NCBI GenBank assembly: GCA_036339465.1
Contig: JAYZAY010000098.1
Location: 1 to 23,870 of the forward strand
DNA length: 23,870 bases
Direction of reading: 5' to 3'
Source of the DNA: Myxococcota bacterium
GTDB lineage: Bacteria > Myxococcota > XYA12-FULL-58-9 > JABJBS01
Part shown: positions 16,073 to 23,870 of the stretch, in pieces
Layout of the letters: each line of letters opens with the position of its first letter
How positions within the stretch are numbered: position 1 is the first letter of the stretch
Position numbers and translations under genes: made by a program
Notes under the pieces: generated by a model
The model's database searches: none
Told to the model about the DNA's origin: nothing
What the model saw: the letters and a program-made list of their open reading frames with translations, nothing else

Positions 16073-17278
16073 CTATTTCTTAATTTCTCTGAGTGTTTGG
16101 TCGATGCCGTGGACTAGGTCTTCATAGGTTGCAAATCGTTTTTGGGGATTGGCGCGAAGCAATCGTTGAACAAATTTACAGAGGGCCTTTGGGATATTTG
16201 AATGTAGGTCCTGCATTGCTTGTGGCCCTCGTATTTTCATGTCGAGAATTTGTTCTGGTGAGGCGTCTTTGGGAAAAGGCAATTCTCCAGTGCTTATTTC
16301 GTAGAGGGTGGCGCCAAGGGAATACATGTCGGAAAGGATGCTGGCTTGACCCGCGATCTGCTCTGGGCTCGCATAGACCAGACTCCCCAATCCCATCCCT
16401 TGCCGGGTGAGTCGAGCATCTTGCTTTAGGCTACGCGCGATCCCAAAGTCGGTGATCTTGACGAGCCCGCTTTCGGTTTCCATAATGTTGTGGGGCTTAA
16501 TATCTCGGTGAATAATGCCCAATGCATTGAGGTGCCGGAGACCGTAGGCGACTTGTTTCCCGATTTGCAGGACTTTTTCGGGGGCATATGGACCTTGTTT
16601 TTGAAGCAATTCGTCGAGGTTTGCTCCTCCAACCATCTCCATGGCGATGAAGTATGAGTCTCCATCCCGACCGATTTCGTAGAAACGGACAACATTTGGA
16701 TGTTTGGCTTGGCCCAGTATTTCTCCTTCTTGGATAAATCTTTTGACCGAGGCTTCTTGAATGGTCAATGACCGGGAAAGCACTTTGAGTGCCAGAATTT
16801 GATTCGTTTCGGGGTCTTCGGCTTGATAGACAATACCCATGGCACCTTCTCCAAGCTTTTTTTGGAGTAGGTAGCGGCCCAATTTTTCGTTTTTTGTGTT
16901 TTTTAGTTTGAGGTGGGTCTTTATCCGTTTTTCAAACTCTTCGGTCTTAATGGGTTTGACTGCATAATCATTGGCGCCGAGTCGGAGGGCGCGGATTACG
17001 TCTTCTGCATCGTCTCGAGCGGTGAGCATAATAACGGGAAGTTCTTGGGCGGAGTATCGGACTCGAATTTGTCGAAGGGTGCCAAAGCCATCTAATCCGG
17101 GCATTACCACGTCGAGTAAAATTAAATCCAGACTTTCTCGGAGGATATGTTGCAAGGCTTGGGCACCACTGGACGCCGTAGCAACCTCGTATCCCATACT
17201 TATGAGTTTGCGGGATACGGCGGTACGATGATTCTCGCTATCGTCAACCACCAATATTTTTTGGGTGTCCCTGCCCAT
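16073..17278 (-). CDS. Response-regulator receiver domain fused to a Hanks-type Ser/Thr protein kinase
   Basis: REC: ILVVDDS, LLDVVMPGLDG, MLTA, KP. Kinase: LGEGAMGIVY, ALK, HRDIKPHN, DFG, YASPEQ. AAGGAG SD. Confidence 0.93.
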   Translation of the reverse strand: MGRDTQKILVVDDSENHRTAVSRKLISMGYEVATASSGAQALQHILRESLDLILLDVVMPGLDGFGTLRQIRVRYSAQELPVIMLTARDDAEDVIRALRLGANDYAVKPIKTEEFEKRIKTHLKLKNTKNEKLGRYLLQKKLGEGAMGIVYQAEDPETNQILALKVLSRSLTIQEASVKRFIQEGEILGQAKHPNVVRFYEIGRDGDSYFIAMEMVGGANLDELLQKQGPYAPEKVLQIGKQVAYGLRHLNALGIIHRDIKPHNIMETESGLVKITDFGIARSLKQDARLTRQGMGLGSLVYASPEQIAGQASILSDMYSLGATLYEISTGELPFPKDASPEQILDMKIRGPQAMQDLHSNIPKALCKFVQRLLRANPQKRFATYEDLVHGIDQTLREIKK

Positions 17279-17371
17279 TTTAAGCTTCTACTCCTTAGGG
17301 AAGCTTATCGAATAATGGAGTGCGGAGGCAACCTTCGCTAAGATATCTGGGTGATTTCTGATTTTTGATTC

Positions 17372-18919
17372 TTAAGACAGTTTTTCTAGCCAAGGTGTAA
17401 AGCCTTGAATAGCGACACGCTGTGTGTAGAGATCGCAGCCGTGGGAGCCACCAAGCTCGGTACCTCCTCCTGCTCGACCGGGGCCACCGTGATTGAGGGT
17501 AGGTAAAACCATGCCAGATCCAAGGACTTGTTCCACCACTTTACTGGAGGCGGTATAAAGTCGACCATGTAGTGGGGCTAAGGCAGTTGCGGCTTGGGTC
17601 AGAAATTTGTTGTCGTCGGAGATGACTGAGGAAACCAATCCTCCTCCGCCGAGGCCAACGAGGGTTGCGGCTTGATCCGGCGTGCCATCGTAGGGGATCA
17701 AAGTTGCTGCGGGACCGAAAATCTCTCGATCATGGAGAACGCCGGCCGTAGGCTGTTTGGCGACGAGCAATGTGGGCTCGATAAAAAATCCCTTGTCGTT
17801 ATCGACTCCCTGAAGTTTGCCCCGTTGCCCTCCCACTTTGACGGATGCAGCTCCCGCCAATCGGACTAAGCCTTCCTGGACATCTTCTAGCTGTTGGGCG
17901 GTGTTGAGAGGTCCCATTTTGACGCCCTTTTGGGAAGGGTCACCGACTGATATTTCCGAGAAAGCCCCTCCCAGGGCTTCGAGATAGGTGTTGAGCATGG
18001 ATTCTGGCACGAAGATGCGCCGGATGGCCGTACATTTTTGGCCAGCTTTTTGGGTCACTTCTTTGGTGGTTTCTCGGATGATGAGATCGAATAGGTCCGA
18101 GTCGGTATCGACATCCGCCCCGACAACCATGGCGTTAAGGCTGTCTGCTTCTACATTTAGGGGGATGTTCCATTGAATGACCGAAGGGTGAGAGCGAAGT
18201 AATTTGCCCGTATCCGATGAGCCGGTAAATGCGATGGCATCGTGCCAGTTGAGATGGTCCAAAAGGTCGCCCGCGGAGCCTGCTAGGAATGAGAAGGCTC
18301 CGCGGGGGAAGACTTCTTTCTCTATCCAGAGTTCTGCGATGCGATACGCGAGCAAGGCAGTGCTGGTTCCGGGCTTGGTTAAAACGGGCATCCCTGCCAG
18401 GATGGCAGCAGCTAATTTTTCGCCCATACCCCATGCTGGGAAGTTAAAGGCATTGATGTGGATCGCTGCCCCGTGTTTTGGTACGCGCATTTGGCGACCA
18501 CTCCACCGCGGATTTTTTGTGAGTGGAAAAGCGGGTGTTTCTTCGAGGCTATGCCCTTCTCCGAGTTTTCGACCCCTATTGGCGTAGTAAGCGAGTGTTC
18601 CCATTGCGCCGTCGATGTCGAATTTTGCATCGGAACGGGTGTTGCCGCCATTGAGTGTTGCGAGGTGGATCAACTCTTCTCGCGCTTCATGGATGACTTT
18701 GGAAGCGTTCATAAGTAACTCGCCTCGCTGGGCGAAGTTGAGTTCTCGAAGAGCGGGCCCACCGACCTTTCGGGTGAATGCCACGGCCTTTTTCAGGTCG
18801 CCGTTTTCAGTGGGGGCATGGGCCACAACCTCTTCGGTGGTTGGGTTGAGAAGGGTAGCGCCTGTGGTGGACGAAGCACCCCATTCTCCGCTTAGATAGC
18901 TTCGAATTTGCGTTGTCAT
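17372..18919 (-). CDS. boxD: 3,4-dehydroadipyl-CoA semialdehyde dehydrogenase (BoxD; PaaZ-related ALDH)
   Basis: DIDGAMGTL, INAFNFPAWG, FTGS, EADSLN, KAGQKCTAIRR, HGGPGRAGGGTELGG. At 515 aa it lacks the MaoC domain; it lies 9 nt downstream of boxC. Confidence 0.85.
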   Translation of the reverse strand: MTTQIRSYLSGEWGASSTTGATLLNPTTEEVVAHAPTENGDLKKAVAFTRKVGGPALRELNFAQRGELLMNASKVIHEAREELIHLATLNGGNTRSDAKFDIDGAMGTLAYYANRGRKLGEGHSLEETPAFPLTKNPRWSGRQMRVPKHGAAIHINAFNFPAWGMGEKLAAAILAGMPVLTKPGTSTALLAYRIAELWIEKEVFPRGAFSFLAGSAGDLLDHLNWHDAIAFTGSSDTGKLLRSHPSVIQWNIPLNVEADSLNAMVVGADVDTDSDLFDLIIRETTKEVTQKAGQKCTAIRRIFVPESMLNTYLEALGGAFSEISVGDPSQKGVKMGPLNTAQQLEDVQEGLVRLAGAASVKVGGQRGKLQGVDNDKGFFIEPTLLVAKQPTAGVLHDREIFGPAATLIPYDGTPDQAATLVGLGGGGLVSSVISDDNKFLTQAATALAPLHGRLYTASSKVVEQVLGSGMVLPTLNHGGPGRAGGGTELGGSHGCDLYTQRVAIQGFTPWLEKLS

Positions 18920-18928
18920 GGTATCTCC

Positions 18929-20578
18929 CTAGGTTCGATCGTAGTTAAATTCTGCGTTTTCAGGTTGTCCGAAAAGGGTGAGGGCCCCCTTAGGACCTAC
19001 CGCATTAGGCCGCTGGAATATCCAATTTTGCCAAGCGCTGAGTCGTCCAAATATTTTTGTTTCTAATGTTTCTGGGCCGACGAAGCGCAGGGAGGCTTCC
19101 ATGCCCGTAAGGGCGTCGGGCGAAAGGCCGGCTCGCTCTTCGGTGGCGAGGCGGATTTCATCATCCCAATCGATATCGTCATAAACTTCGGTGGTAAGGC
19201 CGAATTCATTGGCAGTCTCGGAATCAAAGGTGGGCCCTTGGGCGAGGGTTTCTTTGAGAAGCTCAGGCTCCCCGTAAAGCCGTGCTTCCAAACGACTTAA
19301 GCCATTTGGCATGGGAAGCAGCCCATTGTTTAGAGGACTTAAGGCTACTCTGAGTCCTTCTTCCTCTAACATGTAGATACGGTCAGAACCCAGGGCGAAT
19401 TCCAAGATGCTGCCGGTGAAGCACGAACCAGGTTCAACCAGCGCAAAGAAGCTTTTTGCAGTCAAATCGTAACGCTTCAGAACCCGTTTCATGAGCAGGA
19501 TAACTTCGTTGACGAACCAATGATCTCGGTGCTCAAAAAGAAAATTGTCCATGGCCTCTACGAAGGAATGTTTGCCTTGTGTCTTTAGCAATACCAGGCC
19601 GATTTGGGGATGATTGAAGCGTAATTGTAAAAGGGCGTCATCGATTTCCCGGAAGAGTTGCAGGGGGAGAAAGTTGGAGTCGAGGGTTGAGGGATCTTCG
19701 AGGTCTGGGGCGTCAAAGTTTTCGGGTAGTGTGACTGTGAGGGTTGCGATGCGGGTACTTTTGTTGAAATCCAGCTTAACCCAATCATAGAGTCTGGCGG
19801 TTTTGGTGGTTTCGGGAGAGAGGGTTTCAAGTGTGATGCCTTTTCGGTTGCTCTTCTCAAAATCCGCTAGCTTTGTGGCCGCTGCCTTTAGGGTATCACC
19901 AAATTTTGAGGATGGGGCGATGGTGTCAACAAGGCCCCATTTTAAGGCGCGTTTCCCCTTTAATCCCTCTGCAAGTGTGCAGAAAACATCGGCTCGGTCG
20001 CGGCGAACTTTCCGCTTGTCCACTACCCGGGTGAGTCCTCCTGTACCTGGCAATACGCCAAGATAGGGAACTTCCGGGAGGGATACTGCGGATTTTCTGT
20101 CGTCGATCAGGACGATTTCATCGCAGGCTAGGGCCAGCTCATACCCGCCTCCCGAGCAGGTGCCGTTTAAGCCCGCGAGGTATTTTTGGCCGCTATTGTG
20201 GGATGCGTCTTCCATGTAGAGTCGCGTCTCATTGGTGTATTTGCAGAAGTTGACCTTGAAGGCGTGGGTGGAGCTTCCCAGCATGAATATATTGGCACCG
20301 GATGAAAAAATGCCGTCTTGACCACTTTGTACGGTCACCACTTTTACTTCTGGATGCTCAAATCTAAGGCGGCCAATGGCGTCGGCGAGTTCTATATCGA
20401 CACCTAAATCATAACTATTTAATTTAAGGACATAGCCGGGAACTAAGCCTTGGTCTTCTTGGATATCAATTGAAAGGGTGGCGAATTCACCTTTCACGTC
20501 CAGTTTCAAGTGTTTGTATTGGCTCGGGTGGGTTTGAAATTCAATGGCACCACCACTTGGAGCTGGTGTTTCGCTCAT
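18929..20578 (-). CDS. boxC: 2,3-epoxybenzoyl-CoA dihydrolase (BoxC)
   Basis: LKLNSYDLGVDIELADA, LRFEHPEV, KVNFCKYTNETR, GGGYELALACD, LPEVPYLGVLPGTGG, KIFGRLSAWQNWIFQRPNAVG; two crotonase-fold halves. Confidence 0.96.
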   Translation of the reverse strand: MSETPAPSGGAIEFQTHPSQYKHLKLDVKGEFATLSIDIQEDQGLVPGYVLKLNSYDLGVDIELADAIGRLRFEHPEVKVVTVQSGQDGIFSSGANIFMLGSSTHAFKVNFCKYTNETRLYMEDASHNSGQKYLAGLNGTCSGGGYELALACDEIVLIDDRKSAVSLPEVPYLGVLPGTGGLTRVVDKRKVRRDRADVFCTLAEGLKGKRALKWGLVDTIAPSSKFGDTLKAAATKLADFEKSNRKGITLETLSPETTKTARLYDWVKLDFNKSTRIATLTVTLPENFDAPDLEDPSTLDSNFLPLQLFREIDDALLQLRFNHPQIGLVLLKTQGKHSFVEAMDNFLFEHRDHWFVNEVILLMKRVLKRYDLTAKSFFALVEPGSCFTGSILEFALGSDRIYMLEEEGLRVALSPLNNGLLPMPNGLSRLEARLYGEPELLKETLAQGPTFDSETANEFGLTTEVYDDIDWDDEIRLATEERAGLSPDALTGMEASLRFVGPETLETKIFGRLSAWQNWIFQRPNAVGPKGALTLFGQPENAEFNYDRT

Positions 20579-20673
20579 GGTTGACTCCCTTCAAAACTTT
20601 CGGGGAGTATTAAGGGGGGGGAGAGATATGATCAAGCTCAAACCGGTTTTCGTCGTGCTTATGGCCAATTCTA

Positions 20674-21531
20674 TCAGCTTTTTGACCAGTCGTAGAAACC
20701 TTTACCTGCCTTTTTCCCCAGTTTACCGGCTCGAACCATCTTTCGGAGAAGATGGGGCGGGCGGAATTGCTCGCCAATTTCCTGGTGGAGGTTTTCGGCA
20801 ATGGCCAATCGAACGTCGAGCCCCACCAGATCGGTCAGTTTCAGGGGGCCCATAGGGTGGCGGTAGCCCATTTCCATGGCGCGATCGATGTCAGCTGCGG
20901 AGGCAACTCCTTCCTGTAGCATTCTGATGGCTTCGAGTCCGATGACGAGGCCGAGGCGACTGGTTGCAAATCCGGGATTGTCTTGAACGATGATGGTGTC
21001 TCGCTTAAGGGAGTCAGCGAATTGCTTGGCAGCTTCAAGGGTTTGTGTCGATGTTTGTTCTGCGACGACCAATTCCAGGAGTGTCATGATGTGGGGGGGG
21101 TTGAAGAAATGGGTGCCGATAAACCTTTTTGGGTTTTCGAGGGCTGCAGCCAGAGCGGTCATACTTAGGCTCGATGTGTTGGAGCCGATGATGGCCTGGG
21201 AGGGGGCTGATTTCTCAATCTGTCTGAGAATGGTTATTTTGAGGTCGAGGATCTCGGGAATTGCTTCGATGACCCAGTCGGCGGTCTTCACGGCTTCCGG
21301 GAGTGAGCCGGAAGTTCTGAGTCTAGCTAGGGTAGCACTTTTTTGCTCCGAATCTAGTTTGCCCTTCTCTATACTCTTAGAAAGTCTCTTTTCGATATCA
21401 TGGATGCCATCTTTGGCGAGTTCTTCTGAGCGATCGCAGAGTGTGACTTGGTGACCATGTAGGGCGGCGATATGAGCGATGCCCCTGCCCATGGTACCAG
21501 CGCCGATGATGACAATTTCATGCTGGGTCAT
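20674..21531 (-). CDS. 3-hydroxyacyl-CoA dehydrogenase (PaaH/Hbd family)
   Basis: GAGTMG Rossmann motif, EAIPE, SNTSSL, HFFNP, DNPGF, HPMGPLKLTDLVGLD, GKLGKKAGKGFY. ATG 21531 has an AAGGA SD and overlaps the crotonase 3' end. Confidence 0.92.
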   Translation of the reverse strand: MTQHEIVIIGAGTMGRGIAHIAALHGHQVTLCDRSEELAKDGIHDIEKRLSKSIEKGKLDSEQKSATLARLRTSGSLPEAVKTADWVIEAIPEILDLKITILRQIEKSAPSQAIIGSNTSSLSMTALAAALENPKRFIGTHFFNPPHIMTLLELVVAEQTSTQTLEAAKQFADSLKRDTIIVQDNPGFATSRLGLVIGLEAIRMLQEGVASAADIDRAMEMGYRHPMGPLKLTDLVGLDVRLAIAENLHQEIGEQFRPPHLLRKMVRAGKLGKKAGKGFYDWSKS

Positions 21532-22327
21532 TGTTGGATTCCTTATGGCTCGAACTTCGTTGACTGAAAAAAGCGTCCATTCTGCGAAATTTTTCCTCGT
21601 CTTCAAAGAGGATGGCCTGAAGACTCGATTCGAAGGCCCTGAGTGCCTCGGCTTGCAAACCGGACTGAAAATTAGAGGCTTGTTTGGCGAGTCGGACAGC
21701 CAAGGGACCTTTTGCACTTATTTCTTTTGCCAATGCGAGGGCGTCATCCATGAGCTTTTCGTGGGGAAGGACTCGGTTGACCAATCCAATGCGAAGTGCG
21801 GTTTGTGAATCTATTATCTTGCCTGAGAAAATCAGTTCCCGTGCCCATCCCGTGCCCACGACGGTGGGAAGTCGATAGGTGGCTCCCGCAGCTGGGATGA
21901 TGCCCAGTCCGACTTCGGGTTGACCGAATTTGGCATGTTCTGATGCCAAGCGAATGTCACACGCCAGAGCGAATTCATTTCCGCCACCGAGGGCATAACC
22001 GTTGACAGCTGCGATGGTTGGGGCGTGAAAAGTTTGAATCTCGTGGAAAAGTCGAGAATTAATCTGTTTTAGGGCATCTTCTCGGCGCCGGTCTTTGAGC
22101 TCGCTGATATCAGCACCGCCGATGAAAGCTTTACCCGAGCCCGTGAATATCAGTGCCCGGATGTTCTCCATGGTGGGTAAATGGATGAATTCCCGAAGCT
22201 CATCGATCATCAATTGGTTTAATGCGTTTCTTTTGTCGGGGCGATTGAAGCGGCATACTGTAATTCCGTCGGCCATGGTTTCGATGGAGATCGTTGCAAA
22301 ATTGGTGGCCAGGCCGTTTTGATTCAT
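21518..22327 (-). CDS. Enoyl-CoA hydratase/isomerase (crotonase family)
   Basis: NRPDKRNAL, FIGGADI, AVNGYALGGGNEFALACD, GQPEVGLGIIP (both catalytic Glu present). Confidence 0.92.
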   Translation of the reverse strand: MNQNGLATNFATISIETMADGITVCRFNRPDKRNALNQLMIDELREFIHLPTMENIRALIFTGSGKAFIGGADISELKDRRREDALKQINSRLFHEIQTFHAPTIAAVNGYALGGGNEFALACDIRLASEHAKFGQPEVGLGIIPAAGATYRLPTVVGTGWARELIFSGKIIDSQTALRIGLVNRVLPHEKLMDDALALAKEISAKGPLAVRLAKQASNFQSGLQAEALRAFESSLQAILFEDEEKFRRMDAFFSQRSSSHKESNNDPA

Positions 22328-22395
22328 TCTTTGTCCCCCAAGATGTTTGGCGAGGCGTCTATACTACATCTAGGAATCATGTCGACGGATCGCGC

Positions 22396-22725
22396 CTATT
22401 TGCGGTGCGCTTTCTTTAACTCCTGATAGGCTTGGTTGATTTCTTTGGTTTTGGCATCCGCGATTTCTTTGAGTTCTGGACCCATATCGTCAACTCGGTC
22501 CGGATGATATTTTTGGATGAGGGTTTGGTAGGCTTCTTTAATTTCAGGGAGGGTTGCATCGGGGTTGACGCCGAGGATTTCGTAAGCGGAGCGCGAAGCC
22601 TCGCTTGTGGGAGATGACCGAGGTGCAGAAATGGTTTGAAATTTTTGGTAGAGGTCTCTGAGGATTCGGAATGCAACAAAACCAATAACGGCGAGGGCTA
22701 TGAGTCTAACTAATCCAGGTGTCAT
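22396..22725 (-). CDS. Small membrane-anchored J-domain protein (DjlA-like J domain)
   Basis: N-terminal hydrophobic helix, then AYEILGV...IKEAY...YHPDRV...KTKEINQAY. Confidence 0.85.
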   Translation of the reverse strand: MTPGLVRLIALAVIGFVAFRILRDLYQKFQTISAPRSSPTSEASRSAYEILGVNPDATLPEIKEAYQTLIQKYHPDRVDDMGPELKEIADAKTKEINQAYQELKKAHRK

Positions 22726-22868
22726 AGGCACAAACACCCACAAGGAGGTGGCACTAGTCAAGGCTTTTGCTGTGTTTTGTCTTTTGTGTTTAAATGAGTG
22801 AAGATAGGAAAAGGTGTGGGGTAAGCTTGATGTTTCCTATGTGAATTGGCTCTTACTTTTTTAGGAAT

Positions 22869-23870
22869 ATGATTCTGTTTCAACGAATACCATGGGTGGT
22901 CTTTACATGCTTGATCTCATTGAGTTGGGGTACAGTTGTGCGTGCGCAAACGGAGATGGCCACTGTCTTGGCACTTCCCCAGGATGAGTTGGCCGAAAAG
23001 GTTGCGGCTTATTTTCAACAGTATTTCGAAGCTCAAATTGCCGATGATTCGGGCCGAACGGTGCTTCTGGTGGAAGAAATGATTTTCCCCGAGAAAACCG
23101 ATGAGGCGAGAGCTGCTTTGATGCAGGGAGATGCCTACTACGCAGAGGCAAAGCTGCGTGTTCAAGAGTTTGAGCTCGAAAAAGCAGTGGTTGCTCTGCA
23201 CCGTGCTCAGGTTGAGTTTGAAGGTGCGTCGGTCATTTTTGATGCGACCCGAAAAATGGGATCGTGTTTTTATCTAGAGGGAATCATTGAAGGCTTTCTA
23301 GGAAACGAAAGGAAAGCGATGGCGCTTTTTAAGTCTGGTTATGTACTGGCCCCGGATTTAAAGCCCGATTCTTCCTTGATGAACCCAGAAATTCGAGGCT
23401 TGTACAATGGTGCGGTCGCCTCGGCCGAAGGGCAGCGCGGAGGTCGCTTGCAGGTGGGGACCAAACCCAGCGGAGCGCAGGTATTTATCAACGACAGCTT
23501 TCGCGGAATTTCGCCGCTAACGTTGAAGGGTTTAGTTCCGGGGGATTACTATGTGCGCGTTCGTCATCGAAGTGGGTTCCCCAAAGCTGAGAAAGTTCAG
23601 GTTGAGAGAAAGGGGCGCACTTTTTCTTCAATCTCCATGGATACGAATGAAAATGCGGGGAAAGGTAAGCTGTCTTTTCTCAGTAACCGTTTAGTCGAAT
23701 CGGCGCTGGCAAAGCTCCAACAGGGTCCAATTTCACCCGAAGACGAGGTTTCCACAGCCCTGTCCACTTTTGATACGGAGTCGGTTTTTGTCATTACGGC
23801 AACCTCTGAGCAAGACAGTGTGTTTATGGGTGTCTATTTATTTCAGCACAGTGAAGATGATTGGTGGCTG
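22869..23870 (+). CDS. Secreted TPR-like plus PEGA domain protein; 3' end lies beyond the right edge
   Basis: Manual translation from ATG 22869: signal peptide MILFQRIPWVVFTCLISLSWGTVVRA, TPR-like helices, then PEGA GRLQVGTKPSGAQVFINDSFRGISPLTLKGLVPGDYYVRV. Absent from the track, consistent with no stop inside the window. Confidence 0.85.
   Translation, partial: MILFQRIPWVVFTCLISLSWGTVVRAQTEMATVLALPQDELAEKVAAYFQQYFEAQIADDSGRTVLLVEEMIFPEKTDEARAALMQGDAYYAEAKLRVQEFELEKAVVALHRAQVEFEGASVIFDATRKMGSCFYLEGIIEGFLGNERKAMALFKSGYVLAPDLKPDSSLMNPEIRGLYNGAVASAEGQRGGRLQVGTKPSGAQVFINDSFRGISPLTLKGLVPGDYYVRVRHRSGFPKAEKVQVERKGRTFSSISMDTNENAGKGKLSFLSNRLVESALAKLQQGPISPEDEVSTALSTFDTESVFVITATSEQDSVFMGVYLFQHSEDDWWL

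Noticed and set aside
17372..18919. paaZ
   Set aside because: It lacks the C-terminal MaoC hydratase domain and sits next to boxC.
20610..20801. 63-aa ORF between the dehydrogenase and boxC as a boxB remnant or accessory gene
   Set aside because: It mostly overlaps the dehydrogenase in another frame and has no recognisable motif.
21532..21717. N-terminal extension of the 3-hydroxyacyl-CoA dehydrogenase in the ORF track
   Set aside because: It overlaps the crotonase gene; ATG 21531 has an SD and directly precedes the Rossmann motif.
1..23870. CRISPR arrays, IS elements, prophage or defence genes
   Set aside because: No spaced repeats, transposase motifs or phage-like genes were seen; the window is densely filled with metabolic and envelope genes.

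Overview
Bacterial chromosomal window of moderate GC; the gene content (many lipoproteins, a PEGA/TPR protein, a REC-Ser/Thr kinase fusion, a c554-type multiheme fusion) suggests Myxococcota or a related deltaproteobacterium (inference). Left to right: a large lipoprotein running off the left edge; a tandem pair of lipoprotein alpha/beta hydrolases, the second lacking its catalytic Ser; PPi-dependent phosphofructokinase; a 7-gene minus-strand operon under a canonical cobalamin riboswitch (uncharacterised small lipoprotein, beta-propeller lipoprotein, BtuB, BtuF, BtuD, BtuC, Cys-rich DUF5522-like protein); yggT; tRNA-Arg(ACG); a tetraheme cytochrome c fused to a degenerate 5'-nucleotidase-like domain; a receiver-kinase fusion; a partial benzoyl-CoA (box) cluster with boxC and boxD but no boxB; a small J-domain protein; and a PEGA protein running off the right edge. 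The best candidate for a new system is the B12 operon, with its accessory genes and a second, internal, switch-like RNA element spanning the stop codon of gene 1. No mobile elements or CRISPR arrays were seen.
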